A DNA stretch of 64,000 nucleotides, taken from assembly GCA_030704615.1 (NCBI GenBank), contig CM060731.1, positions 89,156,001 to 89,220,000 on the forward strand. The letters run 5' to 3'. Below, one piece after another: positions 1-11,932 of the stretch (positions are counted from its first letter, which is position 1; each line of letters starts with the position of its first letter). This DNA is from Takakia lepidozioides. Taxonomy: Eukaryota; Plantae; Bryophyta. A program made the position numbers and the translations under genes. The notes below the pieces were generated by a model. That model was not told the DNA's origin and did no database searches. It saw only the letters and a program-made list of their open reading frames with translations.

Positions 1-523
1 TGCCGACACTGCTCCTAGGGATACTCTGACCACTGGGCCCACAAGAAAAGTAATTAAAATGGACGGCTGCATATCTGGAAAGAATAACATAATATGCACA
101 GTCGTTGTCTGAGCTTCCTCCTCCATATTCTCTGCTCATTCTTCAACTGTGTTCTGGAGACATCAGTAAACCGATTTACACTAGAACTGCGATAGCAAGG
201 TACAAACGTACGCGAGGAAGGAAGATGGCTTCCTTTGAAGCGGAGTTCTTCTCTGACGACAAACCAGTGCCGTTCTCCCAGGAAGTCCTTGACAATGGAT
301 TTGCAATTGTTCTGGAACATGTCTTGGCTACCCGTTTTCAGCTGCAGAATGGCTCCATCTTTTTGGAGAAAGAGGTGTACGATCTTAAAGGGAAGTTGTT
401 GAAATACTCTTTCCAAAACCGTGATGAGACGGCTCATATCAGCCAGTGGAGAGTGCGTCCTGGTCGATACAGAGTACTTGGAGAGCCTCGGCGAAAGTCC
501 CTTGGGTCATATGTGACGCCCGG

Positions 524-1254
524 TGTCGCGCACCTCACTTCGGTAAGCTCCCCCCTCAAGTCATAGTTACTCGCTTTGATGCGCGCGCCTGACTCCCAAC
601 CTGGCCGCCGGGCCAACTTGGAGCTTCGGCTGCTCACCGGGGCATAACGGTCCCCCTTTGTTCTCCCAAAGAACCCTCCACCTATTTGGAACCAGCGGGA
701 ATTCCCTTTGGTAATTGGCAGTCCGGAACACCTCCCCACTCTTTGGTCGCTTTCCGGCTCGCTCGCTTACTCACTAGTTTTTTGTCACCAACGGGCTTGC
801 ACCGTTCTCGGGGTTACTACTCCCTATATATACTTTTGTAGCTGTCCGCGGGGGTTTCACAACCAGCCATGCCATTTTATGGCGAACCACCACGAAAACC
901 CTCGACTCCCGGTGATGAGTCGCGGTGAGTCTTTGGCCCACTCACCACGGCCCCTATGGACCGTGATGAGTCCCAAGACTCCCCACGACTCCCACCACGA
1001 GGTCTCCGCCCCCATGGTGAGTCCTATGCCACCCCCACTAAGTCCCGCTAAGCTACCACCACCCCTTGTGGAGCCACCCCCCACCGCAACCCGGTGTGCG
1101 GGGCTCCACCTAGTGAGCGCCTCCGCCTCCTTGAGTGCCTTGGGCACTCAAGGGTGCTTCAGCCCCCCATACCTATCGCTGCCGCTGCCCCCACCACAGG
1201 GGCAGCCCTTCATGTGTCCTGACCCCCCTACCCTCAAGGCAAAGGGCCGCGACA
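524..1254 (-). repeat. 3' LTR of chromovirus copy 1
   Basis: Near-identical to 6474..7208; preceded on the minus strand by purine-rich GGTAGGGGTGTG. Confidence 0.95.
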
Positions 1255-2161
1255 CACACCCCTACCAACAGGGAGTCGATGTCCTCATTGACTTGTCCAT
1301 TTTGTAGAAACGAACATCCAAGTTGTGGCGTCCCACATCAAGGAGTTTGTTTCCGTACCATGGCGTCCCATGGCAAAGAACCAAACCCCCACACTTGACT
1401 CTACTCTCCACTAGCTAGTTCGGCCGACTTCCTCCAAGTCCCGGCCAAGGCTGGAGCCTCTCCAGCTCCTCCCAGTGCACTCTTCTTGGCGTACTTCAAG
1501 GCCAAGGAACGATCCTCCCCGAGGATCGAATCGCCTTACGGCAACAACATTGCTTGCGATCGCTCATGATGCCGCTTTTGGCATCACCTTGAGCAAGGGT
1601 TCACCTGGAACCCTCTTTGACTAGGAAGATAACCTTGAACCAACCGTGCGCCCCAATCACTGCAATTGGGTCCGCCTTGGAATGCTGGCCTGAGGTACGG
1701 GAACACGCCGAAGCCGCACTACGACTTCGTCCCGAGGCTACACGATTATAGTACGTGAACGGAAGCACGTAGCTTCCGCGTTAGCCCGCACTACAAGGCA
1801 ACCCCCTCGGTAGCGCAGTTATAGTACGCGCACGCGCCAGGTGCGCACTAGCACGTGAACTCCAAAAGAAGGCGCAAGTTTCCTTGCCCCTTGGATGGGG
1901 GTCACCCGATTTTGGCACTACGCAAACACACGATTAACCCAATTTACCTCTCCCACTTTTATAAGCTAGCATGCATTCTACACACTAGCCAACCATACCA
2001 TGCATCACCATTCCAAAACAAAATAGGACGCACAACATTTGGAATCCATTTCATTTATAGCACGTTTTGTACAATATAAGATTTTGCAATCAGATACCTA
2101 AGCTAGCTAAACCGGGCTAAGCATGCATTTCCTCCCCCACGCTCCAAGGTTGATGTCCCCA

Positions 2162-5100
2162 TCAACGCTTCTTCCGCTTTTGAGGTCGCCCTTCGAAAGC
2201 TGCAACCGCCTCGGATGCGTTTCCCATTTCTGAGGCACGCACCCAAGATGCCTCCACATGATGATAGCCCTTCCATTTGACGAGATACTCCATTTCTCGG
2301 TTCCTGAACCTCCTCGACTTAAGTATTGCCTCCACCTCGTACTCAGGTTCATTTTCATGATCCAACAGCATAGGTGGCGGACGCAACACTTGATGCCGAT
2401 TCGGACGCGCTTCATCTTTGAAGTAAGGCTTCAAAAGGGATACATGGAATACTGTGCACCTTACTGTTTGCCGGCAGCTCCAATTCATACACATCCTCAT
2501 TCATAACCTTCCGAATGCGAAAGGGTCCCGCATACGGAGGTACAAACTTCGGACTCACTTCCGGAGGTAGTCGGAAATTCTTGATGTTCAACCAGACCTC
2601 TGTACCTGCCTCAAACTTCACTTCCCTCCGCTTCCGATTCGCCTGCCTTTTATACCGTTTCCTAGCTTTGGCAATGTTGTACTTTGCGAGCTTCCACAAA
2701 CGCTCGCGTTCTTCCAGTACCGCCGCTACTGCCGGTTCCTCAACGTCCTGGGCAGCCCAACTTGTTGGCACCAGAGGTGCTTTTCCATAGACCAACACGA
2801 AAGGGGAAACTCCCGTTGCGGAGTGTTCTGTGTTATTATAACAGAACTCTGCTGCGTCTAAGTGTTCCATCCAGTCTGATTGGTCTGCCGACACGTAATT
2901 CCGCAAGAATTGCTTCACTACGGAATTCACTCTTTCCGTTTGGCCGTCCGTCGTAGGTCGGAAGGCGGTGCTCATCTTCAGCCTCGTCCCATCTTCTTCC
3001 AAAGTGCCCTACAAAATTTACTCGTAAACTTTGGATCGCGGTCCGAGACAATATACTTCGGGACTCCATGATGCTTTAAGACGTGGGCGAAATAAAGTCG
3101 CCCTGTCTCCTGCGCCGTTGCCGTCTTCTTGGTGGGGATGAAATGGCCCATTTTACTGAACCTATCCACCACGACCATGATTGCATCGAATCCTTTTGAC
3201 AGCGGCATAGCAGTCATGAAATCCATCGAGACGCTTTCCCAAGTCCCCTCTGGAATCGGCAAGGGTTGTAACAGCCCCGCTTGCTTTTTGTACTCGCTCC
3301 GGTTTTATTGGCATGTGGTGCATGTCTTGACATACTCCTCTGCCTCCTCCCTCAGTTTGGGCCAGAAAATACTCTTTCTTCAAGAGTACCGCAGTGCGCT
3401 TGGCTCCGCTGTGGCCCGCAAGCGGGCTATCATGGCATTCTCTCAAGAGGCTATCTCTCATCCCTCTCTTTGGCACGTAGAGACGTTTTTGCTTATACCG
3501 GAGCAGTCCATTTTGCAAGTGGAACTGCGCCAAAGCTCAAGGCAATGCACCACCGCCTTCATCTCTTTTTCGTGCGTCGGCCACCGTCGCTCCACTTCAT
3601 TCAGTTTCTTACTTTCGTAAGCCACTGGACGTCCATCTTGCATAAGTACACCCCCAATCGCGAAGTCCGACGCATCTGTATGAATCTCAAATGGACGATC
3701 GAACTTCGGGATTTTCAAGACTGGAGCTTCCGCCATCCGCTGCTTCAATTCAGCAAAAGCTTGGCCACAAAATGTGTTCCATACCCAGACTTTGGATTTA
3801 CACAGAAGGTCCAACAGCGGCCCCGCGATCTTGGCGAAATTTCTCAAATACTTCTGGTAATAGGAGGCGAGTCCTAGGAAGGATCGCACTCCCGGGACCG
3901 AAGTCGGAGGCTCCCAGTCCAAGATCGCCCTCACCTTTCTGTCATCCATTTTGATCCCATCCTGTGTAATCACATGCCCCAAGAACTCCACTTTCGTGAC
4001 CCCGAATTCGCACTTTGAAGCTTTGGCATACAACTTCCCTTCTCGCAATTTTTGGAACACCCTTTTGAGGTGCTCCAGGTGCTCCTCCTTTGTTTTCGAG
4101 TACACCAAGATGTTGTCGATGTACACGATCACAAAGTCATCCAACCACTCCTGAAAAAGGCTGTTCATCAGCGTGCTAAATGTCGCTGGTGCATTGGTGA
4201 GCCCAAAAGGCATCACCAAGAACTCATATGAACCATACCTTGTCCTGCACGCGATCTTCTCCTCATCTCCTTCCGCCACCCGAATTTGATGATAGCCGGA
4301 GCGCAAGTCGATCCGGCTGAAATACTTCGCTCCTGCCAACCGATCAAAGAGGTCGTCGATCCTTGGCAAAGGGTACCGGTTTTTGATAGTCACCTTATTC
4401 AGAGCCCTGTAATCGACACACATCCGTAGCGTCCCATCCTTCTTGTCTGCGAATAGCACCGGGGCTCCGTAAGGTGACTTACTCGGCTGGATGTACCCCT
4501 TTGACATTAGATCCTTGAGCTGAGTCTTCAGCTCGACCAACTCCCTGTGGCTCAACCGGTAGGGTGCCTTGGCAGGCGGTTCCGTTCCCGGTATCACCTC
4601 AATCTTGTGGTCAACTCCTCTTCGCGGTGGCAAGCCGCTTGGTAAATCCTCCGGCATCACATCCTGGTATTTCTCCAAAATCCCCTTGATCCAATTTGGG
4701 CTCGGCTCCCCATCGCCTTCTCCCTTCACTTCTCTAATGTAAAGCAAAAACTGGGCTTCGTGTGCCTCCTCCACGGCCCACTCCCTTGCTGACAGAAGGT
4801 TTATTCGCCCTCCCACGGATTTGGGCGTTTCCGACACTCGTAAGACCTCGCCACCATTCCCACATGGCAGCGTGACTACTCTCTTGCGGCCATCTATGAC
4901 CGCTCCGGATTTGCTAAAAAAGGTCATCCCCAAAATGAAATCTACTCCATCGGTCTCGCAGATGGTGAAGTTCTCACGTCCCTCCCAACTCCCCAGTTGA
5001 AGAGGACCATCAAACGCCAACCTTGTCGCCAACTGTGGTTCTCATTTGGCAGAACGCACCTCAATAGAGGCCCCCACGTCACTTGTCGGTAGTCCCAGCT

Positions 5101-6418
5101 TTTGTGCCGTTGCCGGTGTCATGAAGGAGTGCGACGCTCCTGTGTCCACCAACATCGACACATTAGTTCCGGATAATATCCCATCCACGAACAATAACTG
5201 ACTCCCTTTTCGTAAGGCGCCAGTTTCCTGATACAACTCACAAGAAAATTTGCCTACCTTGCAAGTCCTGGCGACCACCGCTTCCACCAAGCGACTGATG
5301 GTATCTTCCGACAGCTCCGTGGTCGCCCGAGTCATGTTCAATTGCTGGGGCTTCGTGCACTTCTTGGCCATGTGCCCGGGCTCCCCGCAATTGAAACACA
5401 CTCCATCAAAGGTCGCCTTCTGTCCGCCATAAGTCGCTCCACCCGCTTTTCCTTTCGAAGCACCGGGTGCCGCATTGACGTGTGAAGTCCCTCCCTTCGA
5501 TTTCCACGTGCCATTGTCGCCGCGTGGCCTATCCCACTTCTTTTCCGGTCGGGAGGAATCACCTTCCCGCCGGGTCTTCTTGTGGTTCAGCTCCGTACGG
5601 CCTTGTCTCTCACCCCTAGGGACATCCGAGAAACATTCAGCCCTCTCAATTGCCTCGTTCAAAGTCTTGGGTGGCTTCTCCTCCAACTTCCGCCTGGCCC
5701 ATGGGGCCAGTCCCGCCACAAAGTTGAAGACCATTTCTGGTTCTGCCATGTCCGCGACTTCGAGCAACAGCACATTGAAAGCCTGGACATACCCCCGAAT
5801 GTCATCTGTTTGCTTCAAATTCCTCATCTTGTCCCGGGCAAGCCAAGACGCGTTGAGGGGCACAAACTGTCTCTTCATCAATTCCTTGAACCCACTCCAG
5901 TTCAAGGTTTCCGGGCTTGGACCTTGGTCGTGAAGGCGTTTCTGCCACCATTGTTGAGCATAGCCCCTCAAATAGGTGGGAGCCACTTCCACGCGATCCT
6001 CGTCACTCAACTTGGCCGCCCGGAAGTACTGCTCTAGCTCCAGGAGCCAGGTGTTGAGTGCCTTCCAATTTCGGACGCCCTCGAAGGTGCCGGGTTCCTT
6101 AGGCTTCACCTTAAACTTTGCCTTAGTGGAAGTGGCATTAGCCGCCTTCAACACGTCTTTCAACGTCCCGCCAAACTGCGCCAACAACCCTTCCCAAAAG
6201 GCTGTCGGCATGGGAGGCATCTCTTGGTTTGTCGGAGTTCTCAAGGATTCCTCGGGCTCTGACTCCTCGGATTCCTCCCGCTATTGAGCGGCCTCGTTTT
6301 CGGAAACATGCATCGCTTCCTCAAACGGCCGCCTCGGTGACACGTCGCCCCCATCGGGCTCACCGGGATCATCATCTTTTGGGCCATTCCGCTTTCGCTT
6401 CGGCTTGCCCGACCCCAT
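2162..6418 (-). pseudogene. gag-pol of chromovirus copy 1 (disrupted)
   Basis: ATG at 6418; premature stops at 6281-6283 and 5042-5044; YIDD changed to YIDN; ~300-bp deletion at ~3527 removing the end of RNase H; further frameshifts. Confidence 0.92.
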
Positions 6419-6459
6419 GATGAGGCCAATCCCAATGACGATCGCGTACTGAACTCTAA

Positions 6460-6471
6460 GCTCTGATACCA
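6460..6471 (-). promoter_or_regulatory. Primer binding site, initiator tRNA-Met
   Basis: TGGTATCAGAGC 2 nt inside the 5' LTR. Confidence 0.9.
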
Positions 6472-6473
6472 AG

Positions 6474-7208
6474 TGTCGCGCACCTCACTTTGGTAAGCTC
6501 CCCCCTCAAGTCATAGTTACTCGCTTTGATGCGCGCGCCTGACTCCCAACCTGGCCGCCAGGCCAACTTGGAGTTTCGGCTGCTCACTGGGGCATAACGG
6601 TCGCCCTTTGTTCTCCCAAAGAACCCTCCACCTATTTGGAACCAGTGGGAATTCCCTTTGGTAATTAGCAGTCCGGAAGAGCTCCCCACTCTTTGGTCGC
6701 TTTCCGGCTCGCTCGCTTACTCACTAGTTTTTTGTCACCAACGGGCTTGCACCGTTCTCGGGGTTACTACTCCCTATATATACTTCTGTAGTTGTCCGCG
6801 GGGGTTTCACAACCAGCCATGCCATTTTATGGCGAACCACCACGAAAACCCTCGACTCCCGGTGATGAGTCGCGGTGAGTCTTTGGCCCACTCACCACGG
6901 CCCCTATGGACCGTGATGAGTCCCCAGACTCCCCACGACTCCCACCACGAGGTCTTCGCCCCCATGGTGAGTCCTATGCCACCCCCACTAAGTCCCGCTA
7001 AGCTACCACCACCCCTTGTGGAGCCACCCCCCACCGCAACCCGATGTGCGGGGCTCCACCTAGTGAGCGCCTCCGCCTCCTTGATGCCTTGGCACTCAAG
7101 GGTGCTTCAGCCCCCCATACCTATCGCTGCCGCTGGCCCTGCCCCCACCACAGGGGCAGCCCTTCATGTGTCCTGACCCCCCTGCCCTCAAGGCAAAGGG
7201 CCGCGACA
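6474..7208 (-). repeat. 5' LTR of chromovirus copy 1
   Basis: TG...CA, adjacent to PBS and TSD. Confidence 0.95.
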
Positions 7209-10200
7209 CCCGGGACTGCTGCTTCGGTCGTTGAAGACAAGAGGGAGGTGGTGGTGAAAAAAGAACAGACGTCCTCCACTCCAATCGTTGAGCTTTCGGA
7301 TTCTTCCGATGATGACATAAGTGAAATTCCAAATCCAGTCCTTCCTACTGTGGTTGGAGAAGCTGATGAAGAAGAGATTTGTAGTGTCATTCCAAAATTG
7401 CGGGCGATGGGAGGAATGGCTGGATTCAAAAGTGAGTTGCGGGAATTGATTGGGAATCTTGAAGCAGGTGCCTGTGAAGTTCTTGCCGGAGACTTTTGAT
7501 GGCGATATCCTATTCGAGCTGCCTCCTCCTCCGCGAGTTGGAGGTATAACAATCATGATGCATGGAATGGACAAGAAACACGACGGGCACCCGTGGTGCA
7601 GAACAAAAACATCCAATATTCAGAATGATGACAAGCTTGTTTTCAGGAGGACAGTTTGCAATGGACACCTTAGGTGTGATAATTTGAATTGCAGACACTT
7701 TCTTCAGTCTGGGGTTCATAATCAAAGCGAATGGGAGGGTCTGGCGGAAAATCCATTTCAGCCTGGGACTGCCCCTCTACCGGCAAACACTTTCGTCTGC
7801 AAATTCCTGCAAACTTGTGCCATCCTGCTTGGCGCTCTGCGGAGCAGAATGTACTATGTTGTCCACCGTTTGAAAACAATGACGAGAGCTTGTGTGCATT
7901 TCGGATTCCATAACCATCCTGTCTCGAAGGGGGATTACAGGGAGAGTGTTGAGACAGTATCGCGGTTGATCAAACAGGAGTTCGGGAGAAACCCATCCGC
8001 AACAACATCTGCAATTGCTCTTGGCGCAAGCAAGTCCTTCTTGGAAAGCCATATTTTGAGTGAAGGGGATTTTGTGGGGACTAAACTTGATGGTGCAGCA
8101 TTGGACCTGGTCATGGATCATTTCTCCACTTTAAGTTCACCTAACATTCGGCATCAGATCAATGCATTGAGAATGGGCTCTGGATCAGAGGCTACATAGA
8201 CAATATTTTGGAATTGAAACGAGTGAGCAGTACGATTACATCCAGGACAATGTATTCCCAGGTCAAGGTGTCATCAAAGTTTTTCTTTTCAAAATGTCGA
8301 CTGTTGGGGAGGGCAGTGGGGTTAGCTTCGTGAAGCGGATGCAGAAGACTGGGGACTTGCAGAACTGTTTTATTATGTTTGATCATGTGAAACGAGTGAA
8401 GGATTGGACGACAATGGCTTGTCATGTCTACGATCCAGTGTACCAACGAGTTAATGACAATTGCAGTTTGTGACATGCAATCCGAGGATACGGAATCCCA
8501 GAAGCTCATGTGGAATTCCCTGATACGTGTCATGGGCTGCCATCTCCGAATTTCGCAGGTTTCATGGCGGATAGTGCTCAAGCAAATTTCAATGCTGTTC
8601 GTATTGTCTTCGGATCGGGCGACCCAAAAGTGCCTATGCCAGGAAGAGAGCGTACATGTCTATTCCATTGGACACAATCTCTGGAAAAACATACAAAGTC
8701 GGACATCAAACCAGAGATGCAGACTCAGCACCGTAAATTGTGCAAAGAGTACAAAGATGCTAGAACAATGAAGGAGGCAGACACTTTGTTCCAGACAATT
8801 CGTGCTTGGTGGTTCTCTTTTGGAGCTGCATCACTTGAGAGTATGAGAGCATTGGAAGATTGGCTGGCGTTTTGGCACTTCGGTATAGACAGTGGGGAGC
8901 AGCCATGACAATGGTACGAGGCTTCTATTTCATGTTTTATTCATACATTTGTTTTTCATATTTTTGACTCATTGCTTTATTTATGTTGCTTCCTGTGCAC
9001 TGTTCTGAAGTGTGGTTATCCTCTTTGCAGAACATGTCCATTGAGGAAATGGCGGACATGCCATCTTGCAATTTGGCAGAAACTGTGCACAACGCATGGT
9101 TGCAGCAGTCTGGGAAACGAGGTCGAGATTTGTATGTGGCAACAACAGATGATTTGATACGTGCCTTGCAACAACAAACCCGATATCGTGATTTCTTACG
9201 AGGTGGGGTTGGTGGCAAGGGTCCGGACAAATGGGAGTTGATGTTGCGTGCTGCAAACAGATTTGGGGATCCAATCAAGATAGCACGGGCGGTGAGCATG
9301 TATGCCCAGGGAACGCCACTTGTTTCTAGAGTTCCACATCTTGAAGGGGAGGAGAGATTCGGCTCCTGTAAGAGGAAATTGAACACTCCACCTGGTTCGG
9401 ATTCAGATTCCCACAGGGCAGACCGTGATAACTTCTCGAAGCCTTGTGTTCCCCTGCATGACAGCTCCATGTCCGGAACCTCCATTGTGGAGGAACCTCC
9501 AACACGACGGCAATCTCTAGCATCAAACAGTGCCACTGAAATGGTGCAGGAGAGAAACAATCCCCTTGATGTGCTTGAGTCCGTATGCCCCGACCACGTT
9601 TGGCACATAGAACGCACAATTGTAGGGTCTCGTGTGAAATGTACAACGATCAGGGCAACTAATTTCGAGAAGTGCACTTCATCTATATCCAGAGGTGGTG
9701 CCCGAACTCCTGCTCCGACTTTCACGGGCTTGATGCGTCCATACGGTCAACCAGAAGCCAAGAACCACAAGTTCTGGTTCTGCGCAGATGATTGTGCCAG
9801 ATGTGTGCATGGAACTGTGCGTCCTTCCGTAGTGATGAAGCCATCTCCTCCAACCGTTTGGCCCGTGAAGGTGGGAACACATCTCAGCTTTCAGGAGATT
9901 GAAATGCTGGAGGAGGCAGGTTTTTCCCTTGCGAGACAACCCCAACTCCATGCATGTGCTACTACTTCTGCGTCCTCCCGGGCCCCCCGGCAAATCCTGA
10001 CTTGTGGCCAACCAAACGAGATGGAAAGCTCATTTGGCGTTTCCCTCCAACCGCTGAACACTTTGGCAAAGTGGAGTCCGCAAGAATGCTCCAAGCTCGT
10101 GTTGGAAGCACCACGGAAGTACCCGATCCAGGATATGGTTGGGTATTCACAATCATCACTTCCACATCTGCTGTTCATGACAGGACCTATGACATCACGG

Positions 10201-10839
10201 TTTCCAATTTCCCCAATTGCACATGTCCTGATTTTGTGAATATGCTATCAACCAGTTTGGGCAAGAGAGGTAAATTCATACCCTGCAAACATTTGTATTT
10301 CATATTTTGAGGAGGATGGTTTGCGATCCCAAACGTGACAACTTCATTCACCAGGCCACTATGAGTTTCAACGAGGTCGATACTCTTTTGCAGCGGGATA
10401 CAACACATGGGTAGCATGAACTATGTAATGTGGTATGTGGATGACCATGATTTGAAATGTGTAATTCACATCAATTCGTCGGCTATGCAATGATATGGCC
10501 TCCAACCATACGGAGTGAGCTCTGAGTGACAACTTTTAGGTAGTGCACATTTGTCATTGCACCGTTCGAAGTCTACATGTCTTGCTGTCGCTATGCACTA
10601 CAATCATCTTTTGAAGATGATCCTAACTCTCATTGTTATTTGAGGAGGGAGGAAGGTCTTCCCATGGCAGCCATTATGGCGCACACTTTGTGAGGATATT
10701 TTGTCGTCCTCGTAATTGTAAAAGTGAAACAAGCATTTGTAATTGCACAATGTTGGATGCTGCAATTGTAGGCCTCAACGCTCGTCTTGATTCTATTTAG
10801 GCAAGATTCCCTGCATTAATTCCACGGTCATAGGACCAT

Positions 10840-11052
10840 CCACGGTTTTAGGTGGCGCATGTTAATGCTGACGTGGCAGATGACGGACAATACCACGTCA
10901 TCATTTACCGCCACATCAGCATGCTGACATGACGCTCACGCCACGTCAGCGTGTGTGCAGGCTCACGCCATGTCACTCCTGCGTGAGCGTACGCTCGCGC
11001 GCAACGCTCACGCCATTGCGTCGTTGCCCCACAGACCACACTAGCGCACGTG
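10840..11052. repeat. Cluster of ACGT-core / CACGCCA short motifs within transposon A
   Basis: Repeated TGACGTGG, CCACGTCA and GCTCACGCCA motifs downstream of the transposase gene. Confidence 0.5.
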
Positions 11053-11152
11053 AAAGGCACGGTGACTCTGTGGCCAGAGAAGAGTATGAGGAAAGGTGAA
11101 AGTATCAAGTGACATTTCATGTTTGTAGTCCCTGTTGGGTGTGTAATGATAC

Positions 11153-11877
11153 TGTCGCGGCCCTTTGCCTTGAGGGCAGGGGGTCGGGACACATGAGGGG
11201 CTGCCCCTGTGGTGGGGGCAGCGGCAGCGATAGGTATGGGGGGCTGAAGCACCCTTGAGTGCCCAAGGCACTCAAGGAGGCGGAGGCGCTCACTAGGTGG
11301 AGCCCCGCACACCGGGTTGCGGTGGGGGTGGCTCCACAAGGGGTGGTGGTAGCTTAGCGGGACTTAGTGGGGGTGACATAGGACTCACCATGGGGGCGGA
11401 GACCTCGTGGTGGGAGTCGTGGGGAGTCTTGGGACTCATCACGGTCCATAGGGGCCGTGGTGAGTGGGCCAAGACTCACCGCGACTCATCACCGGGAGTC
11501 GAGGGTTTTCGTGGTGGTTCGCCATAAAATGGCATGGCTGGTTGTGAAACCCCCGCGGACAGCTACAGAAGTATATATAGGGAGTAGTAACCCCGAGAAC
11601 GGTGCAAGCCCGTTGGTGACCAAAAACTAGTGAGTAAGCGAGCGAGCCGAAAAGCGACCAAAGAGTGGGGAGCTGTTCCGGACTGCCATCTACCAAAGGG
11701 AATTCCACTAGTCCCAATTAGGTGGAGGGTTTAGTGGGAAGCGAAGGGGGACCGTTATGTCCCGGTGAGCAGCCAAAGCTCCAAGTTGGCCCGGCGGCCA
11801 GGTTGGGAGTCAGGCGCGCGCATCAAAGCGAGTAACTATGACGTGAAGGGGAGCTTACCGAAGGGAGGTGCGCGACA
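11153..11877 (+). repeat. 5' LTR of chromovirus copy 2
   Basis: 725 bp; about 9 substitutions (counted by eye) relative to 17282..18006. Confidence 0.95.
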
Positions 11878-11932
11878 CTTGGTACCAGAGCTTAGAGTTC
11901 AGTACGCGATCGTCCTTGGGATTGGCCTCATC

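Larger units (their letters stand above)
524..7208 (-). mobile_element. Ty3/Gypsy chromovirus (Galadriel-like), full-length copy 1
   Basis: TG...CA ends; 5-bp TSD CCCGG (519-523, 7209-7213); paired LTRs; PBS; gag with CCHC, protease VDTGAS, RT, RNase H, integrase and chromodomain (EYEVEAIL..YLVKWKGY..ASW). Lineage call rests on RT motifs ([26 protein letters not shown]). Confidence 0.95.
225..10414 (+). pseudogene. GCM-like Zn domain + Mutator-type DDE transposase + SWIM finger; interrupted by an LTR element and frameshifted
   Basis: Removing 524..7213 restores the frame (YVTPG|TAASVV). N-terminal DGHPWCRTKTSN..CNGHLRCDNLNC..CKFC..C..FGFHNHP. Catalytic candidates MFD (8381), FMADS (8570), CLFH (8657-8668) and CNLAE (9079). 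GT-AG intron 8914..9030. C-terminal CTC-x-CKH SWIM motif ~10218-10292. Stop 10412-10414. Confidence 0.8.

Noticed and set aside
708-1398. Proline-rich ORFs within the chromovirus LTRs (also ~6658-7176, 10905-11717, 17119-17846)
   Set aside because: GC-rich LTR sequence; frames are not preserved between the four LTR copies.
5042-5044. Programmed stop-codon readthrough between gag and pol in copy 1
   Set aside because: Copy 2 has GGA at this codon and the stop falls inside the protease, so it is a private nonsense mutation.
7440-10320. Treating every 1-bp frameshift in the transposase gene and chromoviruses as real decay
   Set aside because: Several fall in homopolymer runs and may be long-read consensus errors; raw or short reads are needed to judge how intact the genes are.
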